This document shows, piece after piece, positions 18,657 to 28,086 of a stretch of 64,000 nt of DNA; the first letter of the stretch is position 1; every line of letters begins with the position of its first letter. Origin of the DNA: Escherichia phage vB_EcoM_G17; the sequence record MK327931.1. One strand, written 5' to 3'. Under the pieces are notes generated by a model that worked only from the letters and a program-made list of their open reading frames with translations, did not search any database and was not told the origin of the DNA. The translations under genes were made by a program, and so were the position numbers.

Positions 18657-19016
18657 TTATTCTGGATCTTTGTTTTTATCAACTGTGTTGTTTTTATTTA
18701 AATCAATTTGTAAAGCCATTGCAGCTTCAGCATTTTCTTCATGTGTGCCATTGAATTTATACCCATTCTTAATGAGATTCACTGTGTAGTACTTATTGTA
18801 AAGAAATGCCCACACGACCATTGCAATTGTACCCACAATCCAAAATGACACTGCGTTGAGGATGAAGTAAATTACAAATGCACCGATGAACGTAATAAAG
18901 TCACCACGAAACAATGCAGGGAATGGTCCAAAGAATAGTGTTGTCCATGAGAATCCAAAGAAACCATCTTTGCGTTGTCCTACATTTTCATTTTTTAAAG
19001 AAATAGTTTTAGCCAT
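18657..19016 (-). CDS. membrane protein (two predicted TM segments)
   Basis: Hydrophobic stretches FFGFSWTTLFFGPFPALF and FITFIGAFVIYFILNAVSFWIVGTIAMVVWAFL. Confidence 0.5.
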   Translation of the reverse strand: MAKTISLKNENVGQRKDGFFGFSWTTLFFGPFPALFRGDFITFIGAFVIYFILNAVSFWIVGTIAMVVWAFLYNKYYTVNLIKNGYKFNGTHEENAEAAMALQIDLNKNNTVDKNKDPE

Positions 19017-19025
19017 TTTAATCTC

Positions 19026-19250
19026 CTACTTATTATTTGGGTTTGGTATACAGTACACATATACTAGATTACTAAAGTGTTCAGTACTGGAATATTTTGC
19101 TAACTCAGTAATGTGAAAGTTCTTGTCATAAAACCTTCCACTATTGAATGTTGTTATTTGGCAACAATGTATAGGTCTGAAAATATAATAATAAAATATA
19201 TCATTTTCAACTACAACAGTATGGTTTGTATAACGCTCGATTTTCTTCAT
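19026..19250 (-). CDS. hypothetical protein
   Basis: 74-aa ORF. Confidence 0.35.
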   Translation of the reverse strand: MKKIERYTNHTVVVENDIFYYYIFRPIHCCQITTFNSGRFYDKNFHITELAKYSSTEHFSNLVYVYCIPNPNNK

Positions 19251-19615
19251 GTGTGGATAATTTCCTTAACCCCGTATTCCATAATTGCTAATGTGCAAAT
19301 TTCACATGGTTTGGCAGGTACAGGAATTCCATCTTTACTTATCCGTGCAATCAGTAAAGTATGAACATCAGCACGAGCAGCCAGTAAACATGAAATTTCA
19401 GCATGAAGAAACTCACCTTGCGGTCGCCCAGCACGAATGGCGAAACCCTTCTGTACTGGGTGAGTCTGTGTATAAGAATTTGTGCGAGTTGCCAGTACTC
19501 GACCTTTTTTATCCAGTGCACGAGCAATCACACGATACCGCTTGTAGTTCCCTACTTGCTCAATAGGTGGCATCCGGCGTAATTCTTCAACAAGTTTCTC
19601 CAATTTACTATTCAT
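19247..19615 (-). CDS. cytidine/deoxycytidylate-deaminase-fold zinc-dependent deaminase (small)
   Basis: Zinc motifs HAE (FLHAEISCLL) and PCxxC (AKPCEICTLAI) with typical spacing; locally higher GC. Confidence 0.55.
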   Translation of the reverse strand: MNSKLEKLVEELRRMPPIEQVGNYKRYRVIARALDKKGRVLATRTNSYTQTHPVQKGFAIRAGRPQGEFLHAEISCLLAARADVHTLLIARISKDGIPVPAKPCEICTLAIMEYGVKEIIHT

Positions 19616-20238
19616 AAGTCTAAGTCTATACCCTTTTCAAGTGATTTTTCTAGAACCCAAAGTTTACATTCTTCACTCTCCAAATGTATCTTTGCCTCTT
19701 GCTGTTCTCCTATTGTACAAGACTTTATGAATGCACGCAAGGCTTGGATTGTATTTTTTAAATTTTTTATGTCATCGATGATTTTTTCTTTGGTTTCTTC
19801 ATCGATTACACATGAACTCCAACTGTGTCGTTCCTCCCAAACTGTTTTAGCGGGATTATATATTGATTGTGATGCATTGAATGAATGTATTTTATGAAAT
19901 TTATCATCTGCTTCCTGTTGGGTATAATCCCCATATGTGTTCAGAACATTTTTGTATAATTCATCAATGGCCTCTTCATACGTATCACCACCACAATCCA
20001 ATTGATAATCATGTGCTTGTACCCATTCGTCGTCTTGCTCAATATACATTGGTGAAAGAAATTCTACCCAAAATTGAGTCTTTGTATTCAATGCTTTGAA
20101 ATCTTCAATTCGATTTGTCATTGGACACACATCATGAGGTTCAATATCAATCCTAGCTGGAACCATATCTTTGTTTATGAATTTAGGATGACCCAAAATC
20201 CACCAGTACTTTTCCGATGTAGTCATAGTAATCTCCAA
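19612..20238 (-). CDS. hypothetical protein
   Basis: 208-aa ORF, 4-nt overlap with neighbour. Confidence 0.5.
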   Translation of the reverse strand: MEITMTTSEKYWWILGHPKFINKDMVPARIDIEPHDVCPMTNRIEDFKALNTKTQFWVEFLSPMYIEQDDEWVQAHDYQLDCGGDTYEEAIDELYKNVLNTYGDYTQQEADDKFHKIHSFNASQSIYNPAKTVWEERHSWSSCVIDEETKEKIIDDIKNLKNTIQALRAFIKSCTIGEQQEAKIHLESEECKLWVLEKSLEKGIDLDL

Positions 20239-20272
20239 TTAAAAAGTACTGCACACGATGGCAGTACTGATG

Positions 20273-20632
20273 TTAAACGTAACGTTTCTTTTTATAATCA
20301 TACCCTACTGCTTTGTAAAAGTCAAACAAAGAAGCATGTTCAAATGTAGGTAATAGATCATATGGGTGCTGATAGTTCGCAATACCAACAATAGCCATCA
20401 TTGATTCAGCAGTTCTTACGTTATCACTATCCCATTCATCTAAACGCCAAAGTGAGCAAAGTACCTCTCGTTCATGTTGCTTACCCAGAAAGAATCCAGC
20501 TTCACGGTCACGAAATGCACCTACACTGACAGTACTTTTGTACCAGTCTTTTTCACCATATAATGGCATACGGATAATATGTTTTTCTTTAGCTTCTCCA
20601 AAGCGATGAAGAAATGCTACATAATCACTCAT
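20273..20632 (-). CDS. hypothetical protein
   Basis: 119-aa ORF. Confidence 0.5.
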   Translation of the reverse strand: MSDYVAFLHRFGEAKEKHIIRMPLYGEKDWYKSTVSVGAFRDREAGFFLGKQHEREVLCSLWRLDEWDSDNVRTAESMMAIVGIANYQHPYDLLPTFEHASLFDFYKAVGYDYKKKRYV

Positions 20633-20799
20633 AATTTATAACCCATTACAGGTTTGGTATGATCCGGTTCGTAAGACTTTTCAGTACTGAACCCTCTGAA
20701 ATTTCCACGTCCTGGATTTGGACAAGCCATCCCTTGTATTGAATGCTTACCCTTATCTTTGCCACAATTTTTACATTTGTAGCCAATTACTTCTTTCAT
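20629..20799 (-). CDS. small zinc-ribbon-like protein (56 aa), not in ORF track
   Basis: Hand-translated MKEVIGYKCKNCGKDKGKHSIQGMACPNPG...; AAGGA SD 7 nt upstream; ATGA overlaps with both flanking genes. Confidence 0.45.
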   Translation of the reverse strand: MKEVIGYKCKNCGKDKGKHSIQGMACPNPGRGNFRGFSTEKSYEPDHTKPVMGYKL

Positions 20800-21044
20800 T
20801 GTGCATCCTTCGGAACAGTATTAAGACGTTTGCGATTCACAATCTTCCTGCACATGAGGTTAAGATCTTGCCCATGACGCATAGTATGACATGCGTATAG
20901 TGTTCCTTGATGATTTAGTTTTGTTAAACCTTGACGGATGATTTCAGCATCCATCTCATCAACTTTAGGAGCACAACCACAGAGAATAATGGATACAAAT
21001 ATTGTTAATGTAATGAATATATTTTTCATGATATTTTTTCTCAT
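20796..21044 (-). CDS. small lipoprotein
   Basis: Signal peptide with lipobox (IILCGC). Confidence 0.45.
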   Translation of the reverse strand: MRKNIMKNIFITLTIFVSIILCGCAPKVDEMDAEIIRQGLTKLNHQGTLYACHTMRHGQDLNLMCRKIVNRKRLNTVPKDAQ

Positions 21045-21421
21045 TTAGTAAAACACGAATTATTACTGATAAGTTCATCAAGTACTTTTTGTACTTCGAT
21101 AGAATTAATATCAACTTTGTAATAATTATAGTTTTTAACTCTAAAATGTTCTTTTGATATATCAACTTTAAATTCAATAATATCAAGATTACCAATAAAA
21201 TCAGACTTATCAGTTCTTAAATCCAAAATACCTAATTCCGGTTTTTGTGGTTTACATAAAATCAAACCAAATTTATTTTCTTCAAATGCCTGATTAAACA
21301 TATCATAATAATCACTAATAACAAATCTAATATTATCAGTGCTTAACTTTCCTGATTTTCCTTTTTTATAAACAGAAACAATGTTTAGTTCAAAGGTTTT
21401 ACCAAAGCGTGTGATTTTCAT
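21041..21421 (-). CDS. hypothetical protein
   Basis: 126-aa ORF, 4-nt overlaps. Confidence 0.5.
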   Translation of the reverse strand: MKITRFGKTFELNIVSVYKKGKSGKLSTDNIRFVISDYYDMFNQAFEENKFGLILCKPQKPELGILDLRTDKSDFIGNLDIIEFKVDISKEHFRVKNYNYYKVDINSIEVQKVLDELISNNSCFTK

Positions 21422-22389
21422 TTTGGGCTATAACCACTTTTAATTTTAGAAATTACTTTCTTCTCGAAGAACTTACGTGCTTCTTCAATAGTTTCGAATT
21501 CTTCACCATCTGTAGTACTGGTTTTACCAATAGCACCGTACTCAATAATTACTTCACACACTGGAGCATTCAATTCAATATTATAGAATTTGTTTGAAGA
21601 ACCGTGAACATATTCCAAATGTACATTATCAGGAATGTTCTGTACATAATCATAGTTCTTGAAGATAATATCAATCATATTTTCTTCGCCGCGATCAGGA
21701 AATAGTTCAGTATTATTCAGTACTAAACGCTGTGCAGCACGGAACATATCAAAATATTGTTCGCCTTTTTTCAGTTCTTTTGTATCAGAACAGAAATGAC
21801 CATAGTATTCTACATAATCATTCCAAGGATAAATTCCTTCATCAGCAGTTTCAGACACGTAAGTTTCATCTTGTGGAACTTTAAAACCACGAGTTTTTGG
21901 ATGAGAAATTAAGCACAGTGAAATATTATGACCGATATCTGAATCATCAGTAATACTACCACCAACCATATGAACAACATTTTTAATACTTTCAAAATCT
22001 ACATCTTCAATTTCATGATACATTAAATGTTCTTCAATATTACTTACTAGTAATGAATTACCATTTCCGGCATCGAATTCAAAAATGAAAAGTTCTACAC
22101 AATCTTCTTCTTTCATTTCAATAGTATCACTGAGTTTAATATACTCATTTTTTAATTGTTCAATATTTTCATGAGAACCAAAACTATAACGTGAACTGAT
22201 ATAACTACTACCGTCCAACCATCCCATATCCCAAGGTTCTTCTGACATGTATTCTGAGCTATAGAAATCAGTCAAATCATCTCTCTGAGTACAAACCGTA
22301 AGAGAACGAACATTACTAAGACCTTGAACTTCAAGATTCAGTACTGTAGTATTGCCAATTTTTTGTTCAGAAATAATTTTAGTTTTCAT
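21418..22389 (-). CDS. hypothetical protein with WGR-like C-terminal domain
   Basis: C-terminus SSNKFYNIELNAPVCEVIIEYGAIGKTSTTDGEEFETIEEARKFFEKKVISKIKSGY resembles the WGR fold pattern (motif recalled from memory). Confidence 0.5.
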   Translation of the reverse strand: MKTKIISEQKIGNTTVLNLEVQGLSNVRSLTVCTQRDDLTDFYSSEYMSEEPWDMGWLDGSSYISSRYSFGSHENIEQLKNEYIKLSDTIEMKEEDCVELFIFEFDAGNGNSLLVSNIEEHLMYHEIEDVDFESIKNVVHMVGGSITDDSDIGHNISLCLISHPKTRGFKVPQDETYVSETADEGIYPWNDYVEYYGHFCSDTKELKKGEQYFDMFRAAQRLVLNNTELFPDRGEENMIDIIFKNYDYVQNIPDNVHLEYVHGSSNKFYNIELNAPVCEVIIEYGAIGKTSTTDGEEFETIEEARKFFEKKVISKIKSGYSPK

Positions 22390-22602
22390 TTAAAATACCT
22401 ATTGAATTGATTTACGCCATTTGGCTAGTTTAACATTCATGTAAGTAACTCACGTTCCATCTCTTCTGAACTCATATTATCGCATTACAAAGCGAACATG
22501 TCAAGTGCACAAATGCAAAGATCTACAGCTTCACCTTTGACACCATCTTTACCTGCTTCTTTATATGATAACCCATCACGGATGTTCATATTTCATATCA
22601 TC

Positions 22603-23253
22603 CTACTTTTTCGATTGGAACAATGCAATCTGTACGCGTGTAATGAACTCACGCTCTACTTCTTCAGCACTGTGTCCTTCATATTGTGTCTTGAAAAGTT
22701 CCATTGCTTTTAGTGCCATCTGTACAGAAATGTCTGTAATACTTTCAGTACTGGTACTTTCAAATACATTTTTGAGGCTTAGTTCATCATCACTAACATC
22801 ATCAACTTCAACTGGGTTGTTGTTTTGTTCATCAATGTAACGTAAAGCTTTGTACTCTGCTTTTGTTAGATTTTCATACCAACGTGGGTGGTGGAACAAA
22901 TCATGCATTGTAACTTTTGCTGCTTCCATGAGAAGTAATAGCTCTTCATTTCTGCGAATATGTTTTTCTTCACCTTTATGATTTTTGTAAGTATATGCAC
23001 AACGCATAATGGCTAATCGAACTTCACCTGCTTTGGTGATAGTGTATGAATGTATTGCATTATCATAATCACTTTCCCATTTCTGACCAGCATATTCGTA
23101 CCAAAGTTCATTAGTTTCCCATTTAATGAAATCAAATTCTAACAAACTGTCAATCAACTTAGCCAAATTACCACTGTACTCACGGCTAATGATATTGAAA
23201 CCACCATTGTACTTTGCAAGGTACAGAATCTTTTCTTGAGTTACATTTTTCAT
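22603..23253 (-). CDS. hypothetical protein
   Basis: 216-aa ORF. Confidence 0.5.
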   Translation of the reverse strand: MKNVTQEKILYLAKYNGGFNIISREYSGNLAKLIDSLLEFDFIKWETNELWYEYAGQKWESDYDNAIHSYTITKAGEVRLAIMRCAYTYKNHKGEEKHIRRNEELLLLMEAAKVTMHDLFHHPRWYENLTKAEYKALRYIDEQNNNPVEVDDVSDDELSLKNVFESTSTESITDISVQMALKAMELFKTQYEGHSAEEVEREFITRVQIALFQSKK

Positions 23254-23591
23254 TACATGTAATCCTTGATGTATTTTAGCAGTTTAGATTTCTCTTCGGT
23301 ACTTAATGATTTCTTGTTCATTAAGTGTTTCATTTCTTGACGTTCAATTTCTTCACATCTTTTAGATTCAGCTTCAATTCGTGTATTATATTCTTCGTCA
23401 GTTTCTTCTCTGGTCCAAATTACATTGTATCCATGAAAACCGCCGTAACCACTGTCTGGTGAAAGACTAATGTGACCGTTATATTCAGCACGATACTTAT
23501 TAAGAGTGTCAATAAAGGTATCAATGCCACACGGTTCAATTTCAATATAACCAATCACTACAGTAACGTCAATTTTGTTCATAAAGTTCAC
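23253..23591 (-). CDS. hypothetical protein
   Basis: 112-aa ORF, start/stop overlap with neighbour. Confidence 0.5.
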   Translation of the reverse strand: MNFMNKIDVTVVIGYIEIEPCGIDTFIDTLNKYRAEYNGHISLSPDSGYGGFHGYNVIWTREETDEEYNTRIEAESKRCEEIERQEMKHLMNKKSLSTEEKSKLLKYIKDYM

Positions 23592-23609
23592 CTATAAAAT
23601 TAGGGAGCA

Positions 23610-24167
23610 TTAGCTCCCTTTGTATTGATGTTTACGTTTAGTACTGTATTTCCAGCCAGTACTATGTCTTGTTCTGATATCGTCCCAATACGATGGTAAT
23701 GAACGCATCTTACGTCTTCCACGTATATCAGGTTCCCCCTCATCCTTCAGTACTGCACAAGCCATACGACGCTCTTGTTGTGTCTTAGGACGCTTGTATC
23801 GGGAGTGGTTATGTTTGTACATATACGAACGCTTATGTCGCCATTCCGTATCACGAGCTTTACGTTTATGTTCCCAGTACTCATTATAGAGTATCATGTA
23901 TTCACCCATAAGTAAATCAGGAGATACAAGTAATCCTTTTTCAGTACAAAGATAATAACCCACAAACTTTTCTGGAAACATTTCGTAATAGAAACGGTTC
24001 TTCCAAAATGTTTCACGATTCTTTTTGTTGAATTCAGCTAAATCGAATTTCATCTTACTGTGGAAACGGTCTATACCGTCATGTTCCGCAATGTACTCTA
24101 ACAGATTATCAATAATCTCAACTTTACCAGAATCGTGATACAACGTAAATGTTTGGTCAAAAAACAT
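23610..24167 (-). CDS. hypothetical protein with strongly basic C-terminal tail
   Basis: 185 aa; C-terminal third rich in R/K/H; AAAGGAG SD upstream. Confidence 0.5.
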   Translation of the reverse strand: MFFDQTFTLYHDSGKVEIIDNLLEYIAEHDGIDRFHSKMKFDLAEFNKKNRETFWKNRFYYEMFPEKFVGYYLCTEKGLLVSPDLLMGEYMILYNEYWEHKRKARDTEWRHKRSYMYKHNHSRYKRPKTQQERRMACAVLKDEGEPDIRGRRKMRSLPSYWDDIRTRHSTGWKYSTKRKHQYKGS

Positions 24168-24261
24168 ATGAAATCTCCTTTAAGTTAAAATAACCTAATG
24201 GAAAGTCATTCTTCCTTTAATACATGTTCTCATGATTTGTTCCTTTTGTCAAGATATAGAT

Positions 24262-24289
24262 ATAAAAAATCCCTGCCAAAAGACAGGGA
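24262..24289 (-). terminator. rho-independent terminator-like hairpin
   Basis: Stem TCCCTG/CAGGGA with 8-nt loop, followed on minus strand by T6. Confidence 0.45.
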
Positions 24290-24393
24290 CGAAAAACTGA
24301 AATAACACATGGAGTTCTTTTTAATTTAATAAAAAGTATTATTATTCTTATAAAAGTATTTATTAAGAACTCCACAATATGTCTTCAAATGAA

Positions 24394-24582
24394 TCAAAAA
24401 CCTTTCTGAGCTACTAGTTCACGGTACTGTGCACGAGTTAGTACACCTTGTTTGCGTAGAGCTTGAAGACCGGATAGGGTTTCACTCTTACGTTGTTCGT
24501 ACATACGTTGTTCTTTAGATTGAATAACTTTCTCTTTCTTAACTTTTGCTACTGGTTCTTTTTTCTTAGGTTGTTTAGCCAT
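24394..24582 (-). CDS. small basic protein
   Basis: 62 aa, Lys-rich N-terminus. Confidence 0.4.
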   Translation of the reverse strand: MAKQPKKKEPVAKVKKEKVIQSKEQRMYEQRKSETLSGLQALRKQGVLTRAQYRELVAQKGF

Positions 24583-24650
24583 TTTATATCTCCTTCTGTA
24601 TTATGATAACAACATTATATCATGTATGGGACATAATGTCCCATACAATA

Positions 24651-26090
24651 TTACATATTTTCTTCAGCAAATTCTGCAAGTGGTGAACGAACAACACCTT
24701 CTAGTTCGATGACACGACAACCTGCCCAATCTTTAAACTTCTCAGTTACATATGTCAAACCACTGTTAACAGGACTAATAAACTTACTGTCAATCTGACT
24801 CAAGTTACCCATAATTACTACTTTACAGTTTAATCCTGCTCGTGTCAAGATTGTTTTGGCTTGTGCAGGTGTAATGTTTTGGAATTCATCAACTACTAGA
24901 ATAGTGTTGGTGAATGAACGTCCACGTACAAAGTTTAGTGCTTTAAATTGAATAACATTACGTTTCATAATCTCTTCAATACTACCTTGAGGGTTAGCAT
25001 CATCTTTATGAAGAAACTCTAACGCGTCAATTGCGGCTCCACAGAATGGAATCACTTTTTCTGCTTCTGAACCTGGCAAGAAACCAATATCTTCAAACTG
25101 TGAGTCTTGAGTTTTAGAGAAGATGATTCGGTCGTATTTACGTTTTTCCAGTACTAATTCTAATGCAGTCGCAATCGTAATTAGTGTTTTACCAGTACCA
25201 GCAGAACCTAGCAGTACTGTTAGATGTACATCAGGATCGAGAATACTGTTGATGGCGAGTGCTTGTTGGATATTCTTTGCTTTAATATCCCATACTTTAG
25301 CACGTAAAGCTACTGATTGTCCAATATCTTGGAATACCAAAATATCTTCTGGTGTTAGTGTTCCATCATCTTCCTCAATTGCTGATTGACCTTCGTACAC
25401 AAATAATACGTCTGCATCATCATATAGATAATCCCCGATGCATAGATTTTGTGGGAGCAAATGCTCAATCAAGCTTTTGGAAATGTAATGATACAAACGA
25501 CGACCAACTTGTTCGGATTGAATATTAGTATTGGTTAAGTTGCTATATACTTCCCAAAAATTGATTTCCAAATGGTGTTGACCAATGTGAATCAAATCAC
25601 TATCACCAATAACAATATCATGGCGATAATCTTGTACCTCGACACCATAACTTAGTGCTTTGATACGCATGTTGATATCACGAGTTACCAGTACTGATTC
25701 TGTTGCTAAAGCTACCAGAATGATTTTATCATCAGGTACTGTGCTTTTGAGAAGGGTTTGAACTTTCTCTTCTGAACCTTTAGTACGAATTAGTGCTTCA
25801 GCTTCTTCGTTTGTAATAACAAACAATTTGCTATCAGGATTCATATTGGTATGAACATCAGCAATATTAACACCAGTACTACTAATCTCATCATGTGATG
25901 CATCTGCAATAATTGCTTCAATGTTACGAATAGCAACACGAGCATCGCGTGAAACATCTACATTACGACTCTTAATTGAATCCAATTCTTCCAGTACTGT
26001 AAATGGTAGAATGATTGCAGCACCATCAAAAGCAATAGATGCATTAGGGTCAGATAGTAGTACGTTTGTGTCAATTGTATATTTTTTCAT
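24651..26090 (-). CDS. phoH: PhoH-like ATPase with N-terminal PIN-like domain
   Basis: Walker A LLGSAGTGKTLITIA; overall PhoH/YlaK-type architecture. Confidence 0.85.
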   Translation of the reverse strand: MKKYTIDTNVLLSDPNASIAFDGAAIILPFTVLEELDSIKSRNVDVSRDARVAIRNIEAIIADASHDEISSTGVNIADVHTNMNPDSKLFVITNEEAEALIRTKGSEEKVQTLLKSTVPDDKIILVALATESVLVTRDINMRIKALSYGVEVQDYRHDIVIGDSDLIHIGQHHLEINFWEVYSNLTNTNIQSEQVGRRLYHYISKSLIEHLLPQNLCIGDYLYDDADVLFVYEGQSAIEEDDGTLTPEDILVFQDIGQSVALRAKVWDIKAKNIQQALAINSILDPDVHLTVLLGSAGTGKTLITIATALELVLEKRKYDRIIFSKTQDSQFEDIGFLPGSEAEKVIPFCGAAIDALEFLHKDDANPQGSIEEIMKRNVIQFKALNFVRGRSFTNTILVVDEFQNITPAQAKTILTRAGLNCKVVIMGNLSQIDSKFISPVNSGLTYVTEKFKDWAGCRVIELEGVVRSPLAEFAEENM

Positions 26091-26150
26091 AAAACATCCT
26101 TGAGTTATGAGTACATCCTTGTACTCGACTAATGTTATTGACTCGGATTA

Positions 26151-26453
26151 TTACATATTTGGTTCGTATTCAACATAGCAACGTGAACCTCGAACCTTTT
26201 CTTCCCAGCACTCCTGGTAAACAAGTTGACCAATTGAAACTGGTTCTCTTGATAGTCCATTACGTACTTCACCATTTTGGGTTTTATACATAAATGAACA
26301 TTTGGACTCGCTACATTGTCCTAAACTAACAACTTCTGCGGTATTGTAGTGAATGTTGGTACGCTTAGTGTTCTCGTGATACTGTCCGAACCAAAGAACT
26401 CCTGCACCTAACAGAACAGTACAAATAAGACTTTTGATGTGTGTTTGAATCAT
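26151..26453 (-). CDS. membrane-anchored Cys-rich small protein
   Basis: N-terminal hydrophobic helix (LICTVLLGAGVLWF) then soluble domain with five Cys. Confidence 0.45.
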   Translation of the reverse strand: MIQTHIKSLICTVLLGAGVLWFGQYHENTKRTNIHYNTAEVVSLGQCSESKCSFMYKTQNGEVRNGLSREPVSIGQLVYQECWEEKVRGSRCYVEYEPNM

Positions 26454-26770
26454 AATGAGTTAAATCCATTGTTTAAGTATGTTTCAATATTAATTTTACC
26501 AACAGGATTACTACTGTGAACAAAGTACTCAAACGGTTCTTTAATATTATTATCAAACATATAATCAATAAGAAACTTAGCAAAAGAATATCCAGTCTTT
26601 TCGTCTTCGCTCACATCACCCAAGTCATGGTCGAATGATACAAATGCTGGAATTCCATTTTCAATAACATATTCACATGCACTTTTAAAGTCACGACATA
26701 CCACCATATCTTGGTTTGGATAATATAGATTTGCATCACGAATATCATCCAAAAACATTGAGTAAGACAT
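26450..26770 (-). CDS. stand-alone receiver (REC)-like domain protein
   Basis: Acidic residues spaced as in CheY-type receivers: FLDDIRD ... FVSFDHDLGD ... FVHSSNPVGK; ATGA-coupled to Nudix gene. Confidence 0.4.
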   Translation of the reverse strand: MSYSMFLDDIRDANLYYPNQDMVVCRDFKSACEYVIENGIPAFVSFDHDLGDVSEDEKTGYSFAKFLIDYMFDNNIKEPFEYFVHSSNPVGKINIETYLNNGFNSL

Positions 26771-26779
26771 GTTAAACTC

Positions 26780-27331
26780 CTATAGATAACTAATTAGTAA
26801 GTTTTCTTTTTGAACCAGATACTCCAATTCTTGTTTTGCTGTACCGATGAAGTTCTGTGTCATAAGATTATTATATCCCGCTTCTCGATTTTGTCCCTTA
26901 GAATAACGAGAAATATGACATAAATTTACACCAGCAACTTCTGCACTTGCATGTTTAGCATTAGTGTATCCATCTCTAATGTGTTTCAACTCGTCATAGG
27001 TTACTTCATAGCTAAAACTGTGACTGTTTGCACCTGGGTAAATTTCAAAAGTTTTGAGTGGTCGAAGATGGGAAACAAAAATATTGTAATCCATTTCTTC
27101 TTGAACTTCACGACGCAACGCATCTTCTAGTGAGATATCAGTACTTTCTACGGTTCCACCACATCCACCAAGAAGACCATCCCATCGTAATTGCAGTAAT
27201 ACTAAATTTACTTCTGGTATATCATTCAACTCATAGTTTTTGTAAGGGTTGCATTTTCTTGCAAAGAAATAACAAAATACAAAATTTGCACGTGTGCCAT
27301 ATTCACCAAAGGGAACTTCTTTAACACTCAT
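26780..27331 (-). CDS. Nudix hydrolase
   Basis: Nudix box GGCGGTVESTDISLEDALRREVQEEMDY (Gx5Ex7REUxEExGU pattern). Confidence 0.75.
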   Translation of the reverse strand: MSVKEVPFGEYGTRANFVFCYFFARKCNPYKNYELNDIPEVNLVLLQLRWDGLLGGCGGTVESTDISLEDALRREVQEEMDYNIFVSHLRPLKTFEIYPGANSHSFSYEVTYDELKHIRDGYTNAKHASAEVAGVNLCHISRYSKGQNREAGYNNLMTQNFIGTAKQELEYLVQKENLLISYL

Positions 27332-28086
27332 TTCATACGTTCCTTAATTATAGTCTCTAGATGCGGTATTGCTTTGGTTGCTGGCTTGATAACTTTTTCA
27401 TTAAACAAAAAATCATTATCATTTTTACGAATGTTAACATTAACACTATAACATGGTAATGCTGCTGCTAATCTCGACCATACCAGTACTGTATCGCTAC
27501 TACCAATTACAATAACTGTATCATTTTCATTAAGAGATTTCAACACATTATTTCGTTCTTCGTAAATTGGTAAGCGAATACCATCAACATAACGATGATA
27601 TTCTCCAATCATTACTACATTTGGTTTAGCAAAAACATCATGTTTTGGTATGTATGGTTCGTATCCGCAGTTAATAACATTATAATCATCGGAATTGATA
27701 CTATAATTTTCAATAACTTCGCACAAGTTTCCATGAAGTTTAAGCTCATGACCACCAATACGAGTATAAAGATCGTCCATGTTAGAAGTCATATGAAGGA
27801 AGCAATCACCATATTGATCTTCTAACGATTTTATAAAATAATGCATTGCATTCGGTTCGCATTGTCCCAATTTTACACGTAATGTATTATAGAAAGAATG
27901 AACAACATGATATTTTGTAGTTAAACTAGCAATGTTACATACATCATTAATTTTAAATGTATCCCACAAACCATCATCAAATCGAAAAGGTTCCATACCA
28001 CTTTCAACAGAAAGTCCTGCACCTGATATAATCAGTAATCGCTTTTTACCTTCATTGCTTATAAATTTTTCTGATATCATATTCAA
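27328..28086 (-). CDS. Sir2-family (sirtuin-like) NAD-dependent enzyme
   Basis: Rossmann motif ISGAGLSVESGMEPFR and TSNMDDLYTRIGGHELKLHG, matching sirtuin GAGIS...GIPxFR and TQNIDxLH...LHG. Confidence 0.75.
   Translation of the reverse strand: MNMISEKFISNEGKKRLLIISGAGLSVESGMEPFRFDDGLWDTFKINDVCNIASLTTKYHVVHSFYNTLRVKLGQCEPNAMHYFIKSLEDQYGDCFLHMTSNMDDLYTRIGGHELKLHGNLCEVIENYSINSDDYNVINCGYEPYIPKHDVFAKPNVVMIGEYHRYVDGIRLPIYEERNNVLKSLNENDTVIVIGSSDTVLVWSRLAAALPCYSVNVNIRKNDNDFLFNEKVIKPATKAIPHLETIIKERMK

Noticed and set aside
15476-22840. Overlapping ORFs 15476..15748, 15595..15822, 16557..16754, 17150..17368, 18886..19116, 19113..19364, 19285..19566, 19881..20099, 20074..20349, 20718..20900, 20965..21195, 22498..22713, 22565..22840
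   Set aside because: Each overlaps a better-supported minus-strand gene (nrdD, nrdG and neighbours) in another frame or strand; several start with TTG; no motifs.
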